A DNA stretch of 63,730 bases, counting the filler, from Octopus bimaculoides (lineage: Eukaryota), in assembly GCF_001194135.2 (NCBI RefSeq). It is 4 parts of 4 records of this genome, joined end to end, with 100 filler letters (N's around TTAATTAATTAA, not from the genome) between each part and the next. Parts side by side here need not be neighbours in the genome. Positions count along the whole stretch, not along the records: positions 19,268 to 43,955 come from NC_068983.1; 3 more parts are not named here. The stretch is one strand, 5' to 3'. The notes under the pieces were generated by a model. It saw only the letters and a list, made by a program, of their open reading frames with translations, was not told the origin of the DNA and did no database searches. The position numbers and the translations under genes are program-made. Every line of letters starts with the position of its first letter. Position 1 is the stretch's first letter. Shown piece by piece: positions 24,026 through 36,757 of this stretch.

Positions 24026-24106
<81 letters not shown>

Positions 24107-24272
24107 CATATATATATATACATATATATACTACGGGCTTCTTTCAGTTTCCGTCTACCAAATCCACTCACAAGGCCCGAGTCTATAGCAGAAGACACTT
24201 GCCCAAGGTCCCAAACAGTAGGACTAATCCCAGAACCATGTGGTTCGTAAGCAAGCTACTTACCACATACCC
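23809..24272 (-). mobile_element. SINE family A, full length
   Basis: Reverse complement match to 9860-10259 with expanded internal (CA)n(TA)n. Confidence 0.9.
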
Positions 24273-27200
24273 CAAGACACCTGAAGAAGTTGAGGACAAA
24301 TATCCGTCGAACGTAAATAATGTAAATAATGTATTACAGATATTGTTTCCATTAATTCATGTATTCATAAGCGTTCAATTTACTAGCTTTACTTTGTATG
24401 AAATTAAAGTATATCCCACTAGATAGCACTAAAGGTGATGGAGGATATCTATACATGATATTCATTTCTGGTATTTACCTATTTTGATTAAGCTTAAGTC
24501 TGACGAGTAAATGAACTGCAGAATAAAATCTTGAATCAATGATTGGTCGCAGATTGTGTTTGACAGGCACATAACATCACTTTCTCTTATCTGACTTATT
24601 CTACGTATTATAGTAAAGTGATTATTACTTACGTCTGAATAAGCTAGAAAAGATTTGAATGAGAGAGAATAGTAATATTATGTAGTTTCACCATTCCCTA
24701 GGAGATGTAAGTAGTATGATAAGCATGAATTTAAAGTAAGACTTTATTTACTTTCTAGCTTAAAGTCTCTTCTGAATTGTCATGGCAAAACTAACCACAG
24801 TTAAAATATGATTTTCATTACTCAAGTAATTATTTATCTAAAGCCAGTAAAATAAATACGTAGAACATGTAGAGGTTAATTCAGTTGACTATGGTGATAC
24901 TAATTTTATTTTCTTCAGAAGGAATAATTACAGATTTAATGGAAACCATATTTACTCCGTAATTTTCTTCGACTGTGTGATGATGTTTCAAATTAATTTT
25001 CAGGTGTATTCATCGATCATACATAAAGTGTCGTTGGTTCGATAAATAATAGAAAACTGGGCAATTTGAAGGGAAGATACAAGCATAATTATATTAGATG
25101 TGGAGAGGCAGGAATTAGTTAGTTGTCAATAGTTTAAATATTACAATTTAATTGCACTAACACTAGATTAAATAACTAATTATTCTTCCTTACATAAGCT
25201 GCATTGCTACATAATGATTCATGAGGTTTTCAATGACACCGGCTGGATTATATATTAAAACTAGCGATTTTTTGATGTGCGTAATATATACTCAACATTG
25301 TTCCTACGTTATTTTATATCTTTGCACTTGTTAATCTTACCAGAAAATAAGGCTTGTTTCAGTTTTAAAGTATGATGTCATAATTAGTCGTTAAGAGGGC
25401 GGTAGACTACCTATATAATAACCTGCTTGGTCGTTCGCACATTATACTTTAGTTAGCTAAAGAGGTGGAGTGAGTGAGAGGTGGATTAAGAGCGAGCGAG
25501 AGAGGGAAGAATGAAGAAATTAGTGAGGAAGAGGTAGAGAACGGTGATTAATATTAATGCATATAGACCAAATGGTCACGTGGCCAGCTCAATGTAGAGA
25601 CAAAGAACGAGAGCAAAAGACTAGGAGAGAAGTGTAGGGAAAGAGAAATGTTAATGACGTGCGACACGGTAGGGAAGGCATACTTATTACATGATTAAAC
25701 AGTTAGCTCAATGGAAAGGCAACTGGAGAAATGGTCAGGGGAGGCAGCTATATTGAAAGAGAGAGAGGGGGGCGACAAATAGAGATAGAGAGGCAGATAG
25801 CAATGGCGGTGTGTTGAAATTGAAAAGTATTTCTTTTATTGAACTACTATTTTTAAAAGACCACCATCGCATACGCATAAGCGCAATTATTTATCATCTG
25901 TTCGCTTAAAAAAATAATATTTGTTTATAAGAGTTAATTTAACCTAAACTCTGGATTTACCAAAAACACAGTTGGAAAGTTCCCGAGAAAGGATGAGCAG
26001 ATATAGATGAAGGATGAGAGAGAAAGAGCGAGAAGATATAATAAGAAGAGGAAAAAGACAATACCGACGGAGATGTGAAGAAATGAACGTAGACGAACGT
26101 CAAGAATATCTAAAGAAAGCAAAACTATTAATGTCATAAAAACGCAAATCATCTTGTCTTTCTTAAGTAGGTCCACGTAATTTTTTCCATTCCGCGGAAT
26201 TTACACGGGTCCTACTAGCATTTCTCAAATACGGTAAAAATAGTATCCGAAACAAAACAAAGCAACCACAAAAGCTAAACAAAATTAACTGTGTGTAAAT
26301 TATTCTTTATTTCTACACCCCAGAAAGAATTAGAGGATTCTGTCAGTGATTCATCAACATTACACTTACAGAGATAGAGAATAAGAGGAAAATTGAAGAT
26401 ATTTTTGGAAAGTGAGGATAAATTTTAATGATTTTAGTTATGCCTCTCTTTGTATGACATTCGTCAAAGCAAGAAATCTTAGCCTATCTTTCTCAAATAT
26501 TTCTACGTCTCTTCTCTGTTATTCTATACTTCTTATGTAAAACTAAGAGTTATACAGTCTCAACTTTTGTTCACTGTTGTAATTTTTCTCTTTAATATTG
26601 TTTCGTTCCAAATTGGCTTTCCCGAGATTACCTAAGGCCGATGCAGACTGAATTTTAGATTGCAAGCATTTGCTATTAAACTACATTCATTATTATACTA
26701 TCTTCAGCACAATTTTAAATTTCTAGGCAACCTTTTCAAACCGTTGCGGGATTTAACAAACAGGTATTGATTCAGTCGATCATAACAATATGTACGAGAA
26801 TGTTTAGAAGTTTCAAGGAAATGAATAATCATTCCTTTATTTAGTGCAATTTAAATAGCTTTTTATAAATGTGATATTTAGTGTATATGTCTATCGCATT
26901 TGAAATTAGAAGTATTGAAACCAATTCCAGTCTCAGGTCATCACCCATACGTGTGATATATAGATGGAAAGATTTTTGGTGTTTGCCTTTTTAATTATGG
27001 GGATATATTGTGAACGAAGTCTTTAATATGCTTCTGATAACAAAGAAGTGCTTATTCATGTCCTTTAAGGGAATATAGTTGAAGACAATTATTATCATGA
27101 CTACATTTTAATTGTGTAATAATTCCAAAGATATCTCAGATTCTATTGTTGAATTCAAACAACACCCCATTCTTTTAATGTTTCTATTTGTTCAGAAACA

Positions 27201-27972
27201 AACTACTATAATTTAAGAAGAATTAAATAATTGTATTAGAAAGCATAGTTATAAAAAGAAATCTAAGTGTCGATTAGAAATGCAGTGAAATTAACGCCAT
27301 GAATAATAGTAACCCACTTACAGAATGACGACCTAGATAGATATTAATACAGGATCAGATCTGGAAATTTGTACAAAGGCGTATTTTAAATTATACGTAA
27401 CATTGTATAGCGTACGATACTACACATGCTAACAGGGTGAAGCAATCTAAAGTAAATTACGCATAACATTTTAATAACATAGTCGGTACCAAGAAGGACA
27501 GTCAAATATTCTGCGAATTAGTCACTAAAATACGTCAATAATTTCCTCCCCGAAGAAATCAATATATGAAGTACAATTTCTCTGAAGCAAGAGACAGACA
27601 CTAGATGATGATAGCACGTCTCATTAAGAAGCATTTATAGTAAATTCTGTCTATCATCTTGGTACTTTTTACTGCCAATTAGGGAAGTATTTCCAGCATT
27701 TTAAATATTTTGAACAAGCATCAATTTAATGCAAAAAATACCAATACTCAGGGAATTCAATATAGGAAATTAGTCTCCAATGTATATGATATTTATGCTA
27801 GTTTTATAAACGAAAACCAGCATATTAGTGTACGTATAAGAATCTGCATATATGTGTATATATAGGTATTCATATTTATGCATACATATGCGCATACTTA
27901 GAGGCCTGTGTGTTTGATATATATGTGTGTGTATTATGTATGTATACACACATGCACACACACGCGTATATA

Positions 27973-29234
27973 CAGGGTGCGACTGGTAAATTGTCACCAT
28001 TCTATACTTTTAATTTCATTCATGCGCATTGTTTGTTTTTGATTTTGTCGACTACACAGTATAGTAGGGTCAGCTGGGCACTGTCTGTGAGAAAAAACAG
28101 CGCAATAATCCAATTCACTCTGCGAGAAATTTGGAAACGACATGCTGTACTACTTGGCATTCGCGCCGGAAATTCCAGTACGAATGTTTCAGAGTGTTTG
28201 GGTGTAAATCTGAGAACAGTGCAAAAGATTAAAAAAGAGCTGGATGAGTCTAATGGGGATTACAACGGTCTGGCATCTCGGAAAACTCACTCTGATCGTT
28301 CTGATAAGAAAAGAACTGATTTTGTTGATGAGATCTAGGCCATGACTGACAATGAACCCTCCAAGTCAATCAGGTTCTGGGACATGGGAGTGTCTGAATT
28401 TCTTATCAGACAGGTAGTGCATGAAGACATTCGGTATTCCTAATAGAAGATGAGAAAGGGCCAATTTTTATCCGGAGCCATCAAGATTTTGAACAAACAC
28501 AAGTATCCCTTCCAACCGAATATGGTATGTTTTTTTTCAGACGAGAAAAATGTCTGCCAGGACCAGGTGTTGTACACACAGAACAACTGTTGGTTTGCCG
28601 TGTCCCGAGAACATATACGGAATGTGATAAAAATCAAGTCACCATTGTGGTATTTGTAGTGATCCCTACTGATGGTGCCTTATGCCTCCATTCACATTCC
28701 TCCACGGCCTCATACTCAACATGGAGGCCTACAGCAAGTACCTGGAGGAGAGTGCTGCCCTGGGTCAAGAGGGTGGCCGCTGGAAGTCCCTATGTCTAGC
28801 AACAAGACTCTGCACCATGCACAGAAGCAGGAGAGCCCAGTCATGGCTGTCAGACAATTTCTGCGACCACATCATCCCTAACATCTGGCCACCTAACTCC
28901 CCAGACTGCAACCCTATTGATTATTATGTGTGAGCTGTAGCTGAGCGAGAGACGAACAAAATTCCTTCTAATATCAAAGATGAACTGGCGGCAAAGATTA
29001 TGGCAGCATTCACCAACTTAAACAAGGAGACTATCCAGAAGAGCTGCAGGAGATTCCGAAGTTGTCTGGAAGCTATGGTTGAATCCAATGGTAATTTTAT
29101 TGAATAAATTTACTCTTTAGTATTTCAAGATAGTTTTATGTAATTTTGATATATATTTATATCTGTTAAAACGAGATTTCAGTGTTATTTTCACTTTTGT
29201 TTAATTTAGACGACAATTTGTTCACCGCACCCTG
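27973..29234 (+). mobile_element. Full-length degenerate Tc1/mariner transposon, DD37D (maT) type
   Basis: TIRs CAGGGTGCGACTGGTAAATTGTC / GACAATTTGTTCACCGCACCCTG with TA on both sides; transposase pieces: HTH region, FFSDEK, QQDSAP and WPPNSPDCNPIDY, with 37 residues between the 2nd and 3rd D after correcting one frameshift; several stops and frameshifts. Confidence 0.92.
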
Positions 29235-29837
29235 TACATATCATTGAGTTAAGTATCTTCAATAAAATTTTTAAAATAAAGTTACATTTTACCACATTAC
29301 AATCACCATCTGACAGAAAGTCACTATCATATCTACGAAGTCACAGAAATATTGAACGTAGGATAACAACTCTTTTTCTTTCGATAATATATATATATAT
29401 ATATACACTCTATTGTTTCATATACAGTTTACATCAGTCTTCTGTTACATGTTATCTGCAATACTTGCATAAATAATAAAGTATCGATTTTTATGTAGAT
29501 AATTTTTCTAGAGATTTGTCTAAATGTGAATCTGGAATTATCAGGAGGATGAACAAAGTTATTTTATTTCTGATAGTAAAATTTGATCACTATTAGAATG
29601 TTGACATTTTACGACGATGTATTCTGAAACATCTGTATACATATATGTATACATATCTGTATACATATATTCACAAATACCTATTCAGTAGTAGCGGGAC
29701 CTACTAGAAATACCAGCCAAATCGGTTAATGTCTACAAGTACACCTGCATGTCAACCCTCACAACTTTTCTTTCTTATATATATATATATATATACATTA
29801 CAGCTTCTGGCCCACCAAAGCCGTGAAAGAACGCGGT

Positions 29838-29913
<76 letters not shown>

Positions 29914-29919
29914 TTCGTG

Positions 29920-30075
29920 TGTGTGTGTTTGTGTACCCCCAGCATTGCTTTACAACCGATGTCGGTGTGCCTACATACCTATAACCTAGCGGTTCGGGAA
30001 AAGGCACTAATAGAATAATTAGTAGGTGGGGCTCTAGCATGGCCGCAGTCACATGACTGAAACAAGTAAAACAAT
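29920..30075 (+). mobile_element. SINE family A, 3' half
   Basis: ..ACAACCGATG..CTAGCATGGCCGCAGTCACATGACTGAAACAAGTAAAA. Confidence 0.75.
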
Positions 30076-30539
30076 AAAAAACTATGCCATTTTAATCCCG
30101 AGCAAGGCCGGGAAACTCACCTAGAATATATAAATAAAACTCAGAATGTGCTTCTGTCTATTTGTCTGTATGTGTTAGTCATTAAAAGACGAGAAGTAAC
30201 AAACTGATTTCATTTACGTTTTACACATGCTTTACTTAGGGAGCATGCAATATAATGGGCCCAAAAATTTCAAATTCTTGCCTAATGTGAGCTTGTAGCA
30301 ATCATCTCTTACACTATCCATTTCAGTGGAAGAATAACATCTCTATTGTAATACTTTTACTATTGATACTGGAACTATTATGTCACAAATATCCATGAAC
30401 ACAAACACACAAACACACACACACACATATATATATAGCTGTATATGTATAAGGGCATATGTATATATATATATTTATATATATATATGTGTGTGTGTGT
30501 GTGTATGTATTTATATGTATAAATACATGTATGCATGTA

Positions 30540-30594
<55 letters not shown>

Positions 30595-30659
30595 NNNNNN
30601 NNNNNNNNNNNNNNNNNNNNNNNNNNNNNNNNNNNNNNNNNNNNNNNNNNNNNNNNNNN

Positions 30660-30694
<35 letters not shown>

Positions 30695-30701
30695 ATATAT
30701 A

Positions 30702-30925
30702 TGCGCACGAATGGGTGTGTGGTAAGTAGCTTGCTTACCAACCATATTGTTCCGGGTTCAGTCCCGCTGCGTGGCAGCTTGGGAAAGTATCTTCTACTAT
30801 AGTCTCGGGCCGACCAAAACCTTGTGAGTGGATTTGGTAGACAGAAACTGAAAGAAGCCCGTCGTATATATGTACATATGTGTGTTTGTGTGTCTCTGTT
30901 TGTCCCCCACATCGCTTGACAACCG
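30702..30925 (+). mobile_element. SINE family A, 5' half (cut by gap)
   Basis: Head GTGTGGTAAGTAGCTTGCTTACCAACC..GGGTTCAGTCCC. Confidence 0.85.
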
Positions 30926-31166
30926 NNNNNNNNNNNNNNNNNNNNNNNNNNNNNNNNNNNNNNNNNNNNNNNNNNNNNNNNNNNNNNNNNNNNNNNNNNN
31001 NNNNNNNNNNNNNNNNNNNNNNNNNNNNNNNNNNNNNNNNNNNNNNNNNNNNNNNNNNNNNNNNNNNNNNNNNNNNNNNNNNNNNNNNNNNNNNNNNNNN
31101 NNNNNNNNNNNNNNNNNNNNNNNNNNNNNNNNNNNNNNNNNNNNNNNNNNNNNNNNNNNNNNNNNN

Positions 31167-31200
<34 letters not shown>

Positions 31201-31218
31201 GCATATATATGTATATAC

Positions 31219-31249
<31 letters not shown>

Positions 31250-31595
31250 CACTAACTGACGTACCCGGTAATTCCCGGAAAGCTGGGTTTATCCCTTGGT
31301 TACCTGCGCATAATTATTTGGCTAAACCAATAACAAGAATACAAAGTATGTAGCCCTTAAAATGTTTTTTGTGCATTTACAGAGAATACCAAACTGTCTT
31401 ACACAGGATCATGTTTTTAGGAATTCCCAATAAGTTATGAATACCCAAATTGTGAAGTCAGTTATGTAATAACTAAATGTGGAATTGCCTTGACCTCCCA
31501 TAGCTTGCACTCAGGTGTCCAGTTCAAGTAATGCCTCAGTGTAAAGGCGTTATTTGACGTGGCAATTTCCTCTGAAGTTAACCTTTGAATCCTTT

Positions 31596-32180
31596 CTAGA
31601 TGTCCTCTACCATACTGGTTTTGTGGATCGCCCAAAGCTTATGGAGTTCACGCAAGCCACATGTCATCAACATGATAGAAAATAGCTGGTGCACTTGACT
31701 TAGTACTGTTCTGACTTCTACCTCTTCCAGTGTCTGTTCCCAATGAGCATCGTCTTCCAGTCGTCCCTGTTTGGCGCAGGTTTCTCTATAGGTCGTGCAG
31801 ACTTCCCATTGTGTCTTCAAAAATGTGTGAATGATGTAGGACAGTGTGTAGAAGCAGATGAAGAAAGAAGCACTCCTGTAGATTAGGGTGCAGAGTGTAC
31901 ACCCGCCTGATGGCCACACTTCTGAAGACAGCATTTTCTTCCCAGCCATCAATACGTGTTCCTTGCTTGCTCAGGTATAGTACACAGGGACCTCTACATA
32001 CAATAGTGTTCGGGCAAATAGATCACATTGGCATAATTTGAAGACAGCTATCAAAGTGGTTTCTCATGGATTCAAAACTACGTTTTGAGCATTGTCTTCT
32101 GTAAAATATACACGCTGGCTATTTTCAGGATACACAGATAGATATTAAGAAGGTGTTCCTACATGAATTTGTAAAGCCAT
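31596..32180 (-). mobile_element. Helitron Rep/helicase ORF remnant
   Basis: YPENSQRVYFTEDNA..ETTLIAVFKLCQCDLFARTLLYVEVPVYYT*..RVYTLHPNLQECFFLHLLLHTV..TYRETCAKQGRLEDDAHWEQTLEE..LFSIMLMTC matches the recalled Helitron inter-domain region (LENGQRVYF, LLY.EVP.YYTW, GRVYTVHP..ECFYLRLLL, GLLEDD.HW..TL.EA); stops and frameshifts present. Confidence 0.85.
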
Positions 32181-32681
32181 GGAGCATGTTACAGGTCAAA
32201 ATTTGAGAAACTCCACAATTAGGTGGTGCACACGCTCAAGCAGAACAACATGGATAATTCAAGTATTTATATACGTATATATATAGTATATGAGATGTTT
32301 TGGTATCCAGATGAGCCAAACAGCAAGTAAGTATGGCATATTTATTTCTCTGAAACAGCTGTAAGAATATCTTTCTAATTATAAATGCCCAAGGAATATC
32401 ACATTGCCTTGGCCTTATCTTATTTTATTTACCACACACATACACACGCACGCACGCACGCGTGCACACAGACACACACACCGACACATATGCATTTGTG
32501 TATGACATCGCATGGTTCAGAATTAATATATGCACAAACTAAAGAATTCACAACTCAATGAACAGTTTGGCGTCCAAATATTTGAAAATACTATGAAACT
32601 CCGCAATTATGAACACTATTTGCATACTCGAACACGGACATAATGGATAACACAGGTGCATGTGAGTGTATGCTAGTGTGT

Positions 32682-32712
<31 letters not shown>

Positions 32713-34412
32713 CACGTGTGAGTGTGTGCGTGTGCACATATACTATATGGATGTCCATGAGCATGTACGTGTGTATTCATGTTTAAATGTATGAAGTTGG
32801 ACGTGGCCAGGGTTAATGCAAGAGAGACAACAACTAGGAGTTGTCTCATATCTGTATATTTATCTGTTCATCCCGAAATCCCGTACATTTACGTGTGGTT
32901 TCGTATATTTTCAACTAAGATGGATTTGATTAATGGTGTACCATGCGGAATTGAACATTTTTGAGAAATATTCTTGCTGAATGAAACTAACGGTAGCCTT
33001 GTTAACATACCAAAAACAAAAAAATATTTATCTACCAATGCGATGTTGAACACTCATTAGTGCATATTTAGTCAATAATATAAGAAAATCTAAATATATA
33101 TAGATAAGATGTAAATATATTTGCAATATCTGGCCGTAAAGCCTAAACTACGTGATGGATATTTGTTACTGACATCTGCTCTCTAAACGTAGTTAGTTAT
33201 TTAATCCAACGATTATGACATTGGAGATGATAGTCCTGGAAGAATACAGTAATTTACTTTAAAACCTACATAGATTTTAACAAAATGGAAATCTTGGTAA
33301 TGAAAACTTTAGGTCAAGTGAACTGTGACCCAAAGAAATAACATTTGATTTTCCGTGACAAACAGTGACATGACATACCTTCAAGAATCTCATATTCCTG
33401 AAATATATTTTTAATATGCACTCTAGTAGCTTAATCTAATGGTAAACTTAATATATAGTCATTCATGGCATTTTACCGATTCTTTAGTACGTTAGTGTTT
33501 GTATTCGTTTCATCTACAAAATGTATATGAAATAACATTTTAATTCATTTTTGCTATATTCTATCGATTTAATACAAATAATTTTTATACTATCGATAGT
33601 ATATATCTTTCGCGTTTTAAGAGATTGAACAATCACAATATAGTCTTCTTTATTTCGTGCAGACATCAAAACCATAGTAGTACATTTATAAATTAATATC
33701 GATTCCTAAAACAGGAACAGGGCAAAATATTTAGTTGGAAGGACGTAGCATATATTGTCGCTCCAGTAACATTATTTAATTCTTATGAAGAAACAGTAGG
33801 CACAGCTGTGTTTGTAAAGAGTTCTCATGATAACAACATGGTCATCACGCAGAACATGCTGAAAATGACTTCTTTAGACATGAGACAAGCACTAACATTT
33901 TATTGAAACTTCATCAATGGAAAATTTGTGGAAGTTTAATTTACACACACAAACGCATACATATGCACACATATACAAACACAAACACATAAAGACATGA
34001 ACACACACACACACATAAATACATATATAAATATATGAAAAATTACTGAGTAACTACTGACATATATTTGAACATCAAAGACAACTAATGGTATATCGAG
34101 CTATTGAAATTACCTATGCTTCCAGAAAAGGTAGTATAGTCAAATAGTAGTAACTGCGATAATTTTTTAGTGAGACAAGGAAATAATGACAGGAAATAAG
34201 ATTTTTCCCAAATAGAAGTGTACATATTTGGACTCGTATATTTGACTCACTAAGCAATTTTCAGCCCAAAAGTTGTCCAAACATATCTCCAGCAGTGAGT
34301 ACGGTAGTCATATGCGAAAAAGTTGAACATGTTTAAGGCCAAGTTGATTAATGAAAATAAAACAAGAAATAAGTTTAAAGAAATAATGCACACACACAAA
34401 AGCACACGTATG

Positions 34413-34592
34413 TACGAGGCAGTGGTGAAAGTTCCTGCCTTTAAGGTTGCAGACCCAGCTTTCCGAGTTCTTTTACAGGGCTCAGAAAAAAACTGAAGGA
34501 CCGCTGCAATAAGTGTGTGAATCTGAAGGGGGAATATATTCAATGATATCATAATTAAGTCATCCTTCTGTATTGTTTTACCCAAGACTAGG
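34413..34592. mobile_element. Mariner-type MITE, opposite orientation, cut by gap
   Basis: TACGAGGCAGTGGTGAAAGTTCCTG..AAAACTGAAGGACCGCTGCAATAAGTGTGTGAATCTG. Confidence 0.75.
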
Positions 34593-35588
34593 NNNNNNNN
34601 NNNNNNNNNNNNNNNNNNNNNNNNNNNNNNNNNNNNNNNNNNNNNNNNNNNNNNNNNNNNNNNNNNNNNNNNNNNNNNNNNNNNNNNNNNNNNNNNNNNN
34701 NNNNNNNNNNNNNNNNNNNNNNNNNNNNNNNNNNNNNNNNNNNNNNNNNNNNNNNNNNNNNNNNNNNNNNNNNNNNNNNNNNNNNNNNNNNNNNNNNNNN
34801 NNNNNNNNNNNNNNNNNNNNNNNNNNNNNNNNNNNNNNNNNNNNNNNNNNNNNNNNNNNNNNNNNNNNNNNNNNNNNNNNNNNNNNNNNNNNNNNNNNNN
34901 NNNNNNNNNNNNNNNNNNNNNNNNNNNNNNNNNNNNNNNNNNNNNNNNNNNNNNNNNNNNNNNNNNNNNNNNNNNNNNNNNNNNNNNNNNNNNNNNNNNN
35001 NNNNNNNNNNNNNNNNNNNNNNNNNNNNNNNNNNNNNNNNNNNNNNNNNNNNNNNNNNNNNNNNNNNNNNNNNNNNNNNNNNNNNNNNNNNNNNNNNNNN
35101 NNNNNNNNNNNNNNNNNNNNNNNNNNNNNNNNNNNNNNNNNNNNNNNNNNNNNNNNNNNNNNNNNNNNNNNNNNNNNNNNNNNNNNNNNNNNNNNNNNNN
35201 NNNNNNNNNNNNNNNNNNNNNNNNNNNNNNNNNNNNNNNNNNNNNNNNNNNNNNNNNNNNNNNNNNNNNNNNNNNNNNNNNNNNNNNNNNNNNNNNNNNN
35301 NNNNNNNNNNNNNNNNNNNNNNNNNNNNNNNNNNNNNNNNNNNNNNNNNNNNNNNNNNNNNNNNNNNNNNNNNNNNNNNNNNNNNNNNNNNNNNNNNNNN
35401 NNNNNNNNNNNNNNNNNNNNNNNNNNNNNNNNNNNNNNNNNNNNNNNNNNNNNNNNNNNNNNNNNNNNNNNNNNNNNNNNNNNNNNNNNNNNNNNNNNNN
35501 NNNNNTATATATATATATACAAATACACATACACACACGTACACACACGTACACGCACGCACACACACACACAGACACACGCGCGCAC

Positions 35589-35625
<37 letters not shown>

Positions 35626-35629
<4 letters not shown>

Positions 35630-35842
35630 AGGGTATGCTGAAAATTTTCTGATTTTAAGATATCGCGAAAGGCTTGGATAGAGATCCAACCTTCCGAGGT
35701 CTTTCACAGGGATTAGAAAAACTGAAGGACTGCTGCAGTAACTGAATCTGAGAGGAGAATATGTTCAATGAAGCCATAATTAACTAATCCTCCTACATTT
35801 TCTTTTACCGAAAGTGAGGAATTTTCAGCCCTGCCTCTCGTA
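35626..35842. mobile_element. Mariner-type MITE, opposite orientation
   Basis: TATAAGGGTATGCTGAAAATTTTC..GGAATTTTCAGCCCTGCCTCTCGTA. Confidence 0.75.
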
Positions 35843-35945
35843 CTCTCCGAGAAAACTTTTGAAAATTACCTGTCAAGACAAGGTCTTAGAGAAGGAGATT
35901 TCTCTCAAGGTGATTTGCCAAGCATTAACACTCTGATGACAATAC

Positions 35946-36063
35946 TGCAGGTCAGTTATGATCCACATTACAGCGACACATTTGTAATGACGATCACAGC
36001 TGACCTGCACTCTCCTCAGCAGAATATTAGTTTCGATCTCACTTCTCCCTGCTGAGGAGAGTG
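35946..36063. ncRNA. Candidate structured RNA: two abutting hairpins, one pre-miRNA-like
   Basis: Hairpin 1 (35946-36009, 64 nt): 18-bp stem with 1 mismatch and 1 G:U, 2x2 loop, 7-bp stem, 10-nt loop. Hairpin 2: perfect 15-bp arms 36008-36022 / 36049-36063. Confidence 0.3.
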
Positions 36064-36349
36064 TGTGCAAAAACATGTGCCTTTGCACCTGCTGCATACG
36101 CGTGTGTGCACGATGTATTTATTATGCATGTATGATAGTGCGCACACACATCCATACAAGATGTGTGTACGTGTGCATGATTGGCTACGATTCTATATCA
36201 AGTAATCAGAAGGAAGACTTCTACTACCCTGACAGCTTTTCATTTACATTTGGGTCACATATAATCACCTTTCAATCTCCACTTTTGCTAATATTTCCTC
36301 TTCCTATTACCAACTAATTTTCGCACCCAAAGTAAAAAAGTTTGATATA

Positions 36350-36757
36350 GGCGTAGGAGTGGCTGTGTGGTAAGTAGCTTGCTTACCAACCACATGGTTC
36401 CGGGTTCAGTCGCACTGCATGGCACCTTGGGCAAGTGTCTTCTACTATAGCCTCGGGCCGACCATAGCCTTGTGAGTGAATTTGGTAGACGGAAATTGAA
36501 AGACGCCCGTCGTATATATGTATATATATGTATGCGTGTGTATATGTTTGCGTGTCTGTGTTTGTTCCCCCAACATCACTTGACAACCGATGCTGGTGTG
36601 TTTACGTCCCCGTAAGTTAGCGGTTCGGCAATAGAGACCGATAGAATAAGTCCTAGGCGTCCAAAGAATACGTCCTGGGGTCGATTTGCTCGACTAAAGG
36701 TGGTGCTCCAGCATGGCCACAGTCAAATGACTGAAACAAGTAAAAGAGTAAAAGAGT
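36350..36757 (+). mobile_element. SINE family A, full length
   Basis: Complete head-to-tail match; a second diverged 3' half follows at ~36830-37045. Confidence 0.9.

Noticed and set aside
25380-25830. Purine-rich tract with CACGTG and TGACGT motifs
   Set aside because: Short motifs expected by chance; no independent evidence of a promoter
35934-35945. CTGATGA just upstream of the double hairpin (possible hammerhead core)
   Set aside because: No downstream GAAA and no stem I/III pairing could be built
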